A stretch of 64,000 nt of DNA, taken from contig JAKMXF010000309.1 of NCBI GenBank assembly GCA_024704765.1, positions 221,204 to 285,203 on the forward strand. The letters run 5' to 3'. The DNA is from Oopsacas minuta (lineage: Eukaryota > Animalia > Porifera). The notes under the pieces are model-generated. The model saw nothing but the letters and a program-made list of their open reading frames with translations, did not search any database and had not been told where the DNA came from. Below, in pieces: positions 22,086 through 34,985 of this stretch (position 1 is its first letter; the number at the start of each line of letters is the position of its first letter). The translations under genes were made by a program, and so were the position numbers.

Positions 22086-25000
22086 CTAATTCTCACTAAA
22101 CGACATACTATCTCGAAATGATAATAATCGGCTTTTCCCAGTGCCGCGCTCATCTACAGACAATTGCAATGCGCTATCGCATACTGCTTCCATCTGTATC
22201 AGTGACTCGGATATATAATCGTAGAATCGATCTACATTAGTTCTTCCTGATTCATTGAAAGCAGATAAATGAAAGGTTAAACCCACATCAGCTTGAAAGA
22301 AATAAGCTACACCATATCCGTGTTTTGTTACCGGACCAAATCCACCTCCCATTGCTGATGTATCTGGGCGGGCTTTGTAGTCCAGGCCAATTTGACTGGG
22401 AACCTGTAAGGCAAAAATTGTCAAAATAAAATAGGAAATAAATACAGATACCTCCAGCTTTATCGAACTCAAGGCTTCGATATAACAGATGACATATATG
22501 TTACTTATATTTGTACAGTTTCAGATTTTGATATTTTTCCATGTTCGATATACCGAGAGTTGACTGTAAGTTGTTAAGGCAAATTTTTTATGGGTTTGCT
22601 GAAAACCTACCCATAATTATTGCAATGGTGTTTTCTAATCAAAGTTCTTTAACACAGTGAAACCTCTACAAACTGGGTCTGTTGAAATTTTGAAACTGTG
22701 AATTTCTAGAAACGGTTTCATATTCCTATATATAATGGACCTCAAAATACGGGGCAGCATTTTCCGGCGTCCAGCACCCCTTTTGTGGAGGTAAGACTGT
22801 AAATGAAATACTGAAATTCCAAAAATCTGTGACGTCACTCAAAACACTGTAAATGGACTAAACTTACTTGGCTTGAAGAAAGTTTAAAAGGAATACTCAT
22901 AGCTCTGGTCAAAAACTCAGAATTTTCTCCTTTCAATTTACTAGTAATATACAATGCCAATAAATGTCTGTCTATTCCTTGTCCAACCATAGCCTTCTTC
23001 ATTGATAGATTATGTGTGTGTCCTGCTTTCGATAGAAGTTTGTATACTTCATAGGAATCTATTACGTCATCCATCATTGCTAGTACAAATTGACATGAAT
23101 CTTCTGTTACCGATCTAGAAATAAACTCAAAATGTGTTTAGAAATTTTTGCTTGCCCAACCCAGAGGTTTCACGTCTCATGCAGGGGGAAATTTAAATCT
23201 TCAATATAATTTCGGTATTACCCCCATAGGCTTCACTTAATCGAGTCACTACGTCCTTGCCACAATTATCCTGTGTTAACTGAATACCAAATTGATTCAA
23301 CTAACCTTATAGTGTCAGTACGTCCATGTTTGAATAATCTTGTCAATGCTGATTCGTATGTTAAAGTGAATTCCTTTTGGTCTTTATAGTAAGCTAATTG
23401 TAATGCCATTTGTATGAAAGCATCTGGACTCAATTTTAACTGCTTAACACGAATTTTACCGAATTTATCGAAAATGCCTAATTTCAATTGGAGAGATTTG
23501 ATGTAACTTGATGTGAGTGCTGCCTGTATTAGTATTTTATCCTTCATCTAAATAATATTTGGAAATTCAAATACCAATTTTCGGGAATTTGGGTTACATT
23601 ACGCTTGAAAGACCCAAAAAATATGTAGGAGATTCAACAATCTATTCTGGTACATCGTAAGTTGAAAATATGAATCTTTTCGGTGAATTTGAGCATATTA
23701 CAACGAATTATACGAGAAATAATAATTTCAAATTTTCTTGAAAATCCATTGAAATGATGGAAATATAAAATAACATTAATATTTGGTATGACGTAGCGAA
23801 AATTTGAAATATTTGTCAATACTTAGCATAATTTCAATCGATTATATAGAATTTTCCCTCGAAAATTGCTAAAATGCAACAAACCTCATCATTGATTTCC
23901 CACTCTAATTTCGTGAAAACAGCCGGATTAGGATCAGAATCATCGTTAATATAACCTTGCTCATTGTAACGTTTTTTCACACGATTAACCAATTTCTTAT
24001 CCACCCATAAAGGGACTGGAAAGTTTGTTCCTACGAAATAATCCATATCAGTAGCTGTAACACATTCAGTGAATTGAACATAAGGAGGAGCTTCGGATGT
24101 TGTATGTTCAATCGTCATTCCATATAAACCAGTTTTGAATACAATAAAATTAATGGATTTATCCATCCATAAGTTATAGCCATTTCCGTGTAAAACTGAA
24201 GCTGCGTATGTTGATATGTGATCTGTGTCTGTTTGGGGATAGTAAGGATTCTTTTCCGAGCCCAGAATGAACTGTGGCAACTAGATAGTAAATGTAGGGT
24301 CAATACAATTACAGTGCAGCATTTGAATTTGTGTGAGAAAATTCAAAAAAAGAGATTTAGATACTTCCAGCATCACTTTGAAATTTTCAAAAAGGTGTGA
24401 AAATATGATTAATCACCAAAAGTGTGAAAATTTCACTTTAGAGAATAATTTCATACATCGGGGTGCAAAGCTCCACGCTGGTACCCAATTTTCATGTTAA
24501 TCGGACTGCTAGATTTCGCATGGCCGCGCGGACGGACGTCGCACATCGTCCATGCCATTGGGACATCTCCCTACAGGAGCTGAACTAAAAATCTTTCCCC
24601 ACCTTTCCAATGTATCTTTCCTCTGGGTCTAGAACAACTACAAATGCACACTCATCAATAAATCTCATATTTTCTTTATTTTGTCCGCTTGACAAATAAT
24701 TCTCTCTGAATTCAGCCCAAACTCCCCTGTCACCAGCTGTAAATGAAGGAAGCCTCTCTTCAGATTCACTCACTGGTGATTTATCAGCTAGAATTGTAAG
24801 GAAGGTCTTTTCAAGTTGTTTGGGAGATACAAGTTTCCCATTTTGGTAACAATCGACTTTATAGTATCTATATAATGCATTATATTACTACAGTAATCCT
24901 CGTTTATATGAACACGGTAAATAAGTAACTGTAGAATACGAATTTCGAGCCTCCACAAAGGAATTCGCTGGATTTCCGGGAATTCCCAGTTTCCACAGGT

Positions 25001-26328
25001 ACTGTTTGTGGAATTTGCACTGCACCGTATATATTGCAAGTCATATCGCGAAAAACCGCATAGGAAGAATTATCCGAGTTTGACTGTATTTCAACTTACC
25101 TTCCTTGATTATAAACCACAACATAACCATTCTCCCTACCAGGATAGAACTCCAAACGGTCTATTGGACCCTTACAGGGGCATCGATTAAGATTATACAC
25201 TCTCCTGTATTGCTCGCTACAGAGCGGGACATTAGTGCCTGGCACACATAAAGGAGGGAAGTCTCCGTTTTGAAGTTTGTCTCTATAAAACATATGTAGA
25301 TGAGATATAGAAGCAGCTCTACTAGCTTGTCTGAAGTTCTGTGGGGTTAGAAATGGACAGAATAAGGCTACTGATAGGTTTATCATTATCCCGGGGTTAG
25401 GACTTGTATCATCATTTGGAGTCAATGAACGACGGCCAGCTGGGGAAATAAATTGAGATTAATGAATATAATGGAAGTATTTGGGATCTTATGGAAACTA
25501 AGTGGTATATAGACCCCCATGGGATTTCGTCTTAGTTCAAACGTTACGTAACGCAAAATTCTCTGTATATTGAAATACTGGAAATTGTCAAGAAAATTGT
25601 CGGCAATTTCTAAAAGAGGTTGATAGGTATGTGGCCTTTGAAATGCTATTTCTGGATATATTTTCCAAAAGTGTTTGTCATGAGAAATGAGATCCACAAT
25701 ATAAACACAATTGGATAAAATTATGGACGTTTTACAATTGTATATATTTAGAATATTCGTTACCTGCTAAATAAACAAAATTCTCCCAATACTCGCTGAG
25801 ATAATTCTCTGTTGATTTATGACGTTTTACGAGTTCTTTTTGTAATTCCAAACCTTGTCCTTGTAAAAATTCGCGAGCCAGTTCTTCATGTTTAGCATAT
25901 TCTTCTTTACTTAAGATTGGCAGAACTGAGGTCAAATAATTCGAAATTGTAGTGTCCAATTTTGGGAGCGGTAATTTCGGTAAAAAATCTTGAAAATCAT
26001 ACAATTTCCGGTTTGAACCATTCAGTAAAATTTTTGTACAAATCCTCCAAAGTTTTGTATTGAATGATGGTGATTTTGGGTTGTCAAATATCCAATTTGT
26101 GTGAGACAATATTTTACGTAAAAGAAATCGTAAAAGCAGAATATTCGCGTACCAAATACACAGGCAAAAAATAAAAATAATAAAAATGTGTGTCAGAATT
26201 GTAAAAGATTTCTGTGAATCGTCTGTGATGAAAATCGGTAAATGCCATGAATATGGTGTTGCGTATATAGTTATAGTTATGAGAAACAAAAATAGAAGAT
26301 GGTATGGTGATGACGGATATATGTTCAT
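22086..26328 (-). CDS. CPT1: Carnitine O-palmitoyltransferase 1-like (choline/carnitine acyltransferase family), multi-exon
   Basis: Two N-terminal TM segments; [14 protein letters not shown]; catalytic EH; [15 protein letters not shown]; TYES.LTRLF..GRTDTIR; GIDRHL; long-chain-type GGGFGPV..GYGV. Confidence 0.85.
22655..22799. mobile_element. MITE family C (TIR CAGTGTAACCTCCACAA)
   Basis: CAGTGAAACCTCTACAAA...TTTGTGGAGGTAAGACTG-TA; related copies at 43893-44055, 49701-49778, about 24951-25022, and short internally deleted copies in GRHPR intron 1. Confidence 0.8.
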
Positions 26329-26883
26329 TTCCTAATTCTTTATTGAAAGAAAATTATTGAATTTAAAAAGGAATATGTTCTTTGTATGGAGCTACATGGT
26401 AACGGAATGTCCATAATGGAATGCATTGGAACCACATCACACATACAGTTAAGAGGAACAAATTCCAAACTAGTAAATGTTAAAAGGAAATACAGTATTT
26501 GGGAAAATACATGACGTATTTCCATTGAAAGAGCAATTGCATAATGTAAACTGCATCAATTTGTGTATACAGATAAATGGGGAAGAAGATTCGTGTAAAA
26601 CTTCCACTAATAACAAGTTTGCGTAATACCAAGGGATATCGTGGAAATGCTATGTAACCACCACCAACCGGGTCTGTGGAACGGGAGAGCATTTTCGGTG
26701 CCCTGGCACCACGTTTATGGAGGTGAAACTGTATATGACTTCATGTGCAATAGTAGTAACCCCGTGTATGGAATATTGTCCAAACATCCATGGTGTTTTG
26801 TCCACAAGACTTCAAAACTGACTCAAATATATACACATACTTAATAGCCAGCATATTAATATTAGCTAAATTCAAATTATATA

Positions 26884-28195
26884 CAGGGTGACACATAAAT
26901 ACTGTTACAAATATAAATGGGCTGAAAACAAAAACTATTGGAGCGATCGTTCTAATATTCTAAATTATGTTTAGATATACTATAGGGTTGAAGATTAAGA
27001 GAGTATTACTCAAGTATATCGCCTTTTTCCTTAATGCAGCTCTTCAGATGGACGATGAAGGAGTCTACACTGGCACACACATACTCATCCGGAATCTTTG
27101 ACCACTCTCGTAATAATGTACTCTTAAGAACCTCAACTGAACGATGGAGTGTAGCGTTAACCCTCTCCTCCAATATGGACCATATAGAGAAGTCGAGGAG
27201 GTTAAGGTCTGGCGAACAAGGTGGCCACTCTTCGGAAGAAATGACCCCCGGAAAATTGGTCTTGCACCACTTTTGAGTGGCTTTAGCCTTGTCAGCTGGG
27301 GCAGAATCTTGCTGGAATACCCATAGGTCGTTTCCAAAATGTGATTGTGCCCAAGGCTTCAAAACATTCTCAAGAATTGATTCCCGATAAACCGATTGGT
27401 TGATTTTCACACCTTTGGGGATAAATATCAAAGGTGTCCGACCAGTTGCAGTAACCCCGGCCCATACCATCACTGAAGCTGGTTTCTGCGTTCGAGAGAC
27501 CCGGAAAGTAGATTCAGGCAAAGTACTCTTATCGGTGGCTAAAATCCTATGATTTTGCTTGTTTAGGACCTGCTGAACCGTAAATAATTTCTCATCAGAG
27601 AAAAGGATCTGCTTGTGTCGACCATTGGTGAAATGTGGAAGCATGGCCTTGCATCTTTCCAACCTCATACTTTTATTTTTGGCTGTGAGGAGTTGTCTTT
27701 ATTTCATTTTGTACTCTTTCATGCCCAAATCATTACAAACAAGCCTCCGCATCGATTCCCTGTTTGTATTTGTTTCAATGGCCATTTTTCGGATACTTCG
27801 GGCGGGATTTCGTTTAATCCGTTGTAGCACCCTCTTGGTCAAAGAAATTGTCCGTGCAGTACGTGGACGGCCAGGTCGTGGTCGGTCTAACACGTCTCCT
27901 GTATCAACAAACCGTGACAAAGTTCGCGAAATAAACATCCTATTGTAACTGAGCAAAGAGGCATTTTCACTTCTGCATTTTCTGGCCTTGAATAACTCAA
28001 TAACAGCTGAACGACGAGTCTCCATTTCAAAATGTTGAAATTATAAAACTTCTAAGTGAGATATAGCTGGCGTGATTTATTGAGATAAAATAGATATGTA
28101 GTACAATATATTGGATAAGTTTCAACGCTATTGAATTATATTCATCTACAGTATGGTAGTTTTAAAAGTTGTAACAGTATTTATGTGTCACCCTG
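26884..28195 (-). mobile_element. Full-length Tc1/mariner superfamily transposon, DD37D (maT) type, with frameshifted transposase (28025-27006)
   Basis: Perfect 27-bp TIR CAGGGTGACACATAAATACTGTTACAA; TA TSD on both sides; HTH region RPGRPRT; FSDEKLF, QQDSAP and SPDLNLLD with 37 residues between the second and third Asp; 1-bp frameshift at about 27700. Confidence 0.95.
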
Positions 28196-28697
28196 TAGTA
28201 TTGAATGAAGCCATATCAAAAAGTAATATGCATAGATTCAACATGAATAAACAAGGTATTGTATTATTAATTAATGTTTTATCAACACGCAGTAATTAAA
28301 CAGACTGTCAATTAGCTATTTATTAATTAAAATACTTAGAGAACAGCTTTACCCCTTATACCCATATAATCGAATTATGATAATGAATGCTCAAGTGCAG
28401 ACAACAATACTGAAGATTTAGAAATATGGCCCATATGGTATCATGGTATGCGCTTCTTAGTACATTGATGATGTGTTCTATAGAGCTAATGGGTGACTTT
28501 ATATATTCTTTGAAATCATGTGTGTACCTATAAGGTCGAATTCATTTGCTTATAAATGTTGAGTTCTTGTTATTATAAGAATTATCTAATATAGAGAAGT
28601 TTACCTTATAAATAGGGATTTGTAATTGATAGCTGATGTAAGTCCTTATTGAATATTGGCCAAAACGATAAAAGGAGATTTTCATATTATATTTGAA

Positions 28698-29822
28698 ATG
28701 GACACAGACAACGAATTGTTTAGATTGGAATCTGCTGCGTACTTGACGAGGGCATTTTTCGCGATTTTCGGAGTTATTTTAACCGCGATTGTGGTGTTTG
28801 TAGGATGTTGTTTCAGGACAGCTTGTAAAGGGAAAGTTTTTCTAACATATTCACTTGCTGTTTGCGATTTTATAATCGCGATTTTCTGGTGTTTAATTGC
28901 GGTTATTGGCGAAACATTTTCCCTGCACAAATATAGTTCTTTCGATGCTACAATCGTTGCAATGACTATAACAATAGTAGTCACCGCATTGAAATTTACT
29001 TCGTATCTTCTTGTTACTACTTACTGCGTGAATTCTGCGATGAAAATCCGCGAAATTTACACAAATCAAGGAAGAGAAATGGGAGCTGGTGATCGTAGGA
29101 AAAGATACAGGCAATCACGGATCAGAATTTGGTTATCAATTTCTATCATTTTCCCGCTTATTTATGGAGTAATTTGGTTGACATTGACATTGGCATCTTT
29201 CCACGATTTCGCGAAATATAACTCTGAAATAAAAGCATATAACATTTCGCCAGGAATATTCGGGTATACAGTTAGTATTGATAAAAATCCTTTTCAATTT
29301 GATTGGGATTTGCTATGGTTGGATTTACAAATCGTGTCATTATTCCTTGTCAACATTTTCCTCGTGGTCATGCTCATATTCAATGCGATTATCTACATGT
29401 ATATTGCATGTCATATCGCGAAAAACCGCGGACTATACCTGTTAGACAGACATGATTACAAGTTAGCTTGTTTCCTCGCTTTAGGCAAAACGCTGTTTAT
29501 AATAATCGAAGAAATCACTTTATTAATGGCAACTATTGCCTATTGTATTAGCACTGAGAGTTTCTCAAATCACAAATTCGACCCTGACAACGAAGTATAT
29601 GTTATTTTCTTAATTCTTCTCCTTCCATTCGGCGTAATACAAGGACTACAAGGAGCAATACATGTAATCTTCTATGGAGTTTTCAAATCTGGATTCACGA
29701 GTGCAATCAAGACTTACCATAGAACTCAACATTTCGTACGTGATCATGTAATTAGGCCACGAGTAAGTACAAGAAATATATCACAGGAAAGTGATGCTCT
29801 CGTTCACTCAACAACAAATTGA
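28698..29822 (+). CDS. Seven-transmembrane receptor, cAMP-receptor-like/GPR143/GPR157-type, intronless
   Basis: About 374 aa with 7 hydrophobic segments; TM2 SLAVCD; TM7 GLQGAIHVIFYG; no DRY or NPxxY. Family assignment is tentative. Confidence 0.7.
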   Translation: MDTDNELFRLESAAYLTRAFFAIFGVILTAIVVFVGCCFRTACKGKVFLTYSLAVCDFIIAIFWCLIAVIGETFSLHKYSSFDATIVAMTITIVVTALKFTSYLLVTTYCVNSAMKIREIYTNQGREMGAGDRRKRYRQSRIRIWLSISIIFPLIYGVIWLTLTLASFHDFAKYNSEIKAYNISPGIFGYTVSIDKNPFQFDWDLLWLDLQIVSLFLVNIFLVVMLIFNAIIYMYIACHIAKNRGLYLLDRHDYKLACFLALGKTLFIIIEEITLLMATIAYCISTESFSNHKFDPDNEVYVIFLILLLPFGVIQGLQGAIHVIFYGVFKSGFTSAIKTYHRTQHFVRDHVIRPRVSTRNISQESDALVHSTTN

Positions 29823-30461
29823 TAACGAGTATTATCACAAATTATCCTCTCTCTAATTCCTATATATTTTTAACTATAATTGTTTGAATGTATTCAATAA
29901 TATTTTGTTTTGAGATATTTCGACAGTAAGGGCACACCGGATCTCTATTACGGGCTATAGAGGGGAGTCAATAGAATATGTGAAAACGTGTACACGGGTC
30001 AATAGGGTTGGGAACCGATGTATGTTTAGGCATAAAATAATTCAGGTGTTTTTAACTTTTTATGCTATGACACACACTGCCTTACTCATAGATTGGGCAT
30101 TTTCATGAACTTTGAGCCTACGGTGGTAACCTTCACAAACGGCTGTCAGAAAATACTCCAGTTTCAGCCAAGTTCCCAGTTTGTGGCGGTTCATTTATGT
30201 GAGGCTATGTTGGCATGAATATTTGAATGATCACGTTGTTCTCATACACTCGCAACCCTCCAACTCTCAAAATAAAAATATAATGCATAATTACTTATAT
30301 AATACCAAATTCTATACACACATATAACACTAATGGTATACTTGATTACATTAGTGTTATAAGGAAATGTTATCCAATCAATTCAAATAATGATAAAATC
30401 AAAGAATTAGTGTATTAACATAGTAAGTGATATATTTCGAGTGACGTCACATGGCTATTAA

Positions 30462-31473
30462 TTAAGAAGTGAAATTAAAATCGAATTCAGCCTTGTGGTG
30501 CATTACCAAGCGATTCTGTACAAAATAGAATGAATCTGATTTTGTGAGGTAGGGGTTTTTAATCATTTGAGCTTTTAAGTCGACTTGGAGTGCAGGAACC
30601 TCGTATATCTGGTCACAAGAATTTCGACTATTTGGCATACAGAATGGGAACAAAAATTCGAATTCTTTCAATGGGTCTATATCGAAATAATGTTTTTCAA
30701 CCATTCGGAAACATTTCACGGCTTCGTTACCAATTTTAAAGTCGATTGTTGCTCCTATATGTTTCATTTCAAGGAAGGAAGGAGGTAACTGGAAACGAAT
30801 AAAACGACCAAAAGATGGGTCAGTTGATAGACTGGATGCTGTTGGATAGTTTAATATCTCTTCTTCACTGAGTTTTATGTTGAGAATTTGTTTGTTTGTT
30901 TCTTCATCACGGAGACAGAATCTGAAGGAAATAACTAAATTAGTATACGCATAAAACACAAATTACAATTTTAGTCATAGAAATTGACTCATCCAAGAAT
31001 AATACAGTACAAATGCGTATACTAAAGCCCACTCGCAAAATATAAAAATACGGAGAAAACTTACTTCTCCAACTGTTAGTAACTGTAAACAAAATAACAG
31101 ACAGTACAATAATGATATAGGGATTTATCCAGGTGCTATGAGCCCATCCAAATATATGAATTATGACGAAAGATAGGAAGGGTAAATTACAGAAATAATG
31201 TTTACAATATTTGCATGAAATTACAGGTTTCCACGAACCGGGATAATTCCCGTATCTCATGTTAATTATTCTCCAAATTTCTTACCTTGTAAAGAAAATC
31301 CCAAAAATGTTAGCATCTCTAGACACGAGATAATCAGAAGTTGGCTCTTTCAATTGCTGAATATCTTCAACTGTAATGAAAGATTTATTCTTTAAATACT
31401 CTTCATAACTCGATTGTGGCGTTTTTTTATCAGATCTACGAGCTGAGTTTCCGGAGCTTATCTCACTGTTCAT
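30462..31473 (-). CDS. UNC119: UNC119 myristoyl-binding cargo chaperone; exons 31473-31286 and 30921-30462
   Basis: ANIFGIFFTRFCLRD, GRFIRFQLPPSFL, FRMVEKHYF, FLFPFCMPNSRNSCDQIY, SDSFYFVQNRLVMHHKA. Confidence 0.93.
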
Positions 31474-32672
31474 TTTCAATAAAGAACACTAAACTATGTA
31501 TTCACATGAGAAAATAACGATGAAATAACTGTCTCTATGATCTTAGTCCTTGGTTAAGTATAGTGTAATCCAGTTATATCGAAGCTCAAGGGACTGCGAA
31601 AATTATTTCGATCCAACTGATGGAATTTATGTTACTTTGACGGTTTGTGGAATTTAAAAGCGAGTATATCCGTGTTCGCTTTAACGGGAGTTGACTTTAA
31701 AAGTTAGAGATGGTTCAGGAAATCAGGTCATTATTCAAAAATTGGTATTTTCCAAATTTGGTATCATATTTCTTTGAATTTCTTAAAAAACCCCTTTGTT
31801 GGTAAAGTTGGTCCATACAGCTAATATACGTCAAATATGATCATATTTGACGAAGTAAATATTCGAAAATTTTCATTCGATTCCACGACAATTTTAGCAA
31901 GAAATGATCAACATAAGAGTAACTAATTAATTAAGCTATCTGATGAATTAATAAAGAGACCAGAAGGATTAACGTGACCTAATTACATCGTATAAACTTC
32001 TATACTGATCATAATCAAATTTATTAAAATATTAGCTTATCATTCTAAAGAATTATATGCTTTAAATATTTATTTAGAAGTTACAACAGGACATATATGC
32101 GATCGAATTCAGTGCTATGTTCCTTTGTTTTAGGAAGCTTTATGGCCTGCTTCGTAGTATGGGTTTAACGTGACAAATGTATGTTGTGTGATTTGAAATT
32201 ATCCATAATCAGTAAATAGTGGTAGGATAAGATTTGAATGAGTTAAAAGGATTATTGAGAAAACTTAAAGTTGTAAAGTGCTGGCCTATTACCCAGATCC
32301 AACTGTATATCACACAAATATATTTAAAATCTGTAATTACAATTGTCTACAAACTTTTTGTTTATTTGTACTTCCATGAATCACTCATCAGTTCCGAAAG
32401 AAATTTATTTACATAAATTCCCTGAACAGCACCAATAAATTTCGCATTTCACAATGGCAGCAGAGTGAACGAACTTTACCATATGCTTTAGAATGGTTGG
32501 TTTCCTTATAATATATATAAGAATGCATAAACTGCGAATCCTATTGATGAAATATCACTGTAGCCATAGACTAACGTGGATTGCTTCCTAAAGAAAGTAC
32601 ATTGAGATAATCGATAGAATAGGCAAAGTTTATAATTTACTATTTAAATCAGCGAATTGTCAGCGAAAATCT

Positions 32673-33608
32673 ATGAAAATAATGGTTAGTTTAGGTGATA
32701 ATAATCAGAATGGGAATAATGGTGCTGGACAATTTTTCCGCGAAAGCGACGGAGACTATAACCCCCCACTTCCAGCGTATGATATCCCGAAAAATAACAG
32801 ATCGAGACATCCGCGGTCCGCTTTATGTCATCCTTACCACCATTCAACCCACCATACCACAAGGACAACATTAGAATCAAACTCCAACTCTCTAATGCCA
32901 ACAAACTCGATAAAATATCGCCATATTTTCACATGCTATTTTACTATAGCAGAAATTCTAATCGTACTACTATTCGTGATAGCTTGTTTCGTGGATATTC
33001 TCGTGTTTGACTCTGAGCAACGAGAAGACGAGCAAGACAATATAATTGCAATAGATAAATTCAGTATATACTCTATTGTCCATATAATCTTGTGGTGTCT
33101 TGTGGGTGTGTTTGACAGGCTAATTCAATGGCAACATCAGATTATTCGACGTAGAGGATACCTTAGATTTTATATCAAGTTAAGGAATATTAGACGTGTT
33201 CCATTCGGTGTGTTTTCAACAGGAAATGCGACGCTTGTGCTTCTATTCGCTACGAGAAAACAGCTTGAAGCTGCCATTCAGTATACACCATTCAAATTCA
33301 ATTACTGCATGTTGATACTGGTTGGAGTTGAGCTCATATTAACTCTACCGGTATTATTATATTATATAATTATAACGATGCGATTTAATTGTAAAAGGCC
33401 TTCTCCTGATGCGACGGTTAGTAGTTCAAGCCAATCAGTTCTCCCTTTCTCTTCTCCACCACCAGATCTTGGTTTCAACACGGATACTGATACACATAAT
33501 GTTGAGGAGTTATTGGACAAACAAGCTGACATGATTCGATATTTACAATTTCATAATGCAAACCTTGGTAGGAAAATAATGGAACTTCAAAATCAGAACA
33601 GACATTAA
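32673..33608 (+). CDS. TMEM192: Lysosomal transmembrane protein 192, intronless
   Basis: 4 TM segments; IRRRGYLRFY, STGNA, RFNCKRPSPD, and C-terminal LLDKQADMIRYLQFHNANLGRKIMEL. Confidence 0.88.
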   Translation: MKIMVSLGDNNQNGNNGAGQFFRESDGDYNPPLPAYDIPKNNRSRHPRSALCHPYHHSTHHTTRTTLESNSNSLMPTNSIKYRHIFTCYFTIAEILIVLLFVIACFVDILVFDSEQREDEQDNIIAIDKFSIYSIVHIILWCLVGVFDRLIQWQHQIIRRRGYLRFYIKLRNIRRVPFGVFSTGNATLVLLFATRKQLEAAIQYTPFKFNYCMLILVGVELILTLPVLLYYIIITMRFNCKRPSPDATVSSSSQSVLPFSSPPPDLGFNTDTDTHNVEELLDKQADMIRYLQFHNANLGRKIMELQNQNRH

Positions 33609-34985
33609 TGTTGGAAACAAAAACACTCGTATAAACTGTCATAATGTATTTTAAAACACGGTTGATCTATTTGTATGTAAAATATGCATGCATACGTTGT
33701 AATTATTGTATATAAATTGTTAATACATTTGTAAACATTATTGAAAAATATATTTGATCATTATATTCGGTAGACTCCGCTTAATCGGGTCAAAATGACC
33801 TGGTCCCGATGTGACCCTATCAATTGTGTCTAAATACATGCTAGGGCCAGCAGTTCACAGCCTGGGGTAAATGGACCCTTGGTGGTCCATAGGATGTCAA
33901 ACTTTATATTGCAGTGTATGGGAGGAGTCCACAGAATTTGTGAAATTTTGTATAGGGAATGATGGGAAAATGTTGGCAACTGCCGTACTAGGCATTTCGA
34001 TGGGATGTAGCATTTGTATATTAGCATGGCATACCCAAAATATATATACAGATGTGGCAAGGTGGGTACGTATAAGCGAAACAACTGAAATTTTCGTATC
34101 ACTTATTTAGAGTGAATTACATGATTTTGTTCCAAGAGAGTTGTTCTATAGAAATGTGTCAAAATGCCAGAGGCAATGTGCGAATATTCGTCAATACAAT
34201 TCATATAGAAATTTCAAAATATTCAAAAGAAATTTAATTCAATTTTCTCATAAACAATTATCGATAAAATTTGAATTACAAGATTTCTAGAATACTTACA
34301 TACAAATCTATATAACCAACGGAGATATTAAATGCTCTCTCTTATACTAAGAATCCATTAGAATAAAAGATATGCAACAGACTGGATGTTATATTTATTC
34401 AAATTAGATAGAGAAACCGTTAAATACGTATAATTCCTATGAATAAGCCGTAGGATATATCAAACAATTATTTAGAATTTAATATTATAGGACATGTGTG
34501 ATTTCGAATACTTAATTCATATGGCTCAAAAGCGGAAAATACTAGGATCTGAGGAATTACCAAAAAAACGTAAATACAGTCAATTCCCGTTAGATCGAAG
34601 TTCAAGGGATCGTGATAACTTCGATATAACCGATAGAATTCAAGTCATTTGATCGTTAGGGATCATATTTGCTAAATTTTCGATATATGCGGGTATACCG
34701 GTATATCCGTGTTCGGTATAACGGGAGGGGACGTAGAAACTTGGAACGTTGTATCAACACAAGTGTAGCGCCTTTCAATAAATTTGCTTTATCTATGCTA
34801 GATTCTCCCGTGACAAAAGTCGATACTCTTATCTGTGCATCCCCAGGTCAATACATTGACATATATATACTTGTATCATAAATAGAATATAACACTCACT
34901 GAGTAAATAACATAGTCAACACACAAATAAAGTCAAATACAAACTATAACACAAACAATTCATTATTTGTTAATATTTTGGTATC

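Noticed and set aside
25422-25697. 91-aa ORF inside CPT1 considered as an extra exon
   Set aside because: CPT1 splices cleanly from YLA (about 25758) to AGRRSLTPN (about 25441), so this ORF is intronic
33830-34110. Short ORFs on both strands downstream of TMEM192
   Set aside because: They overlap degenerate MITE/hAT fragments and show no protein similarity
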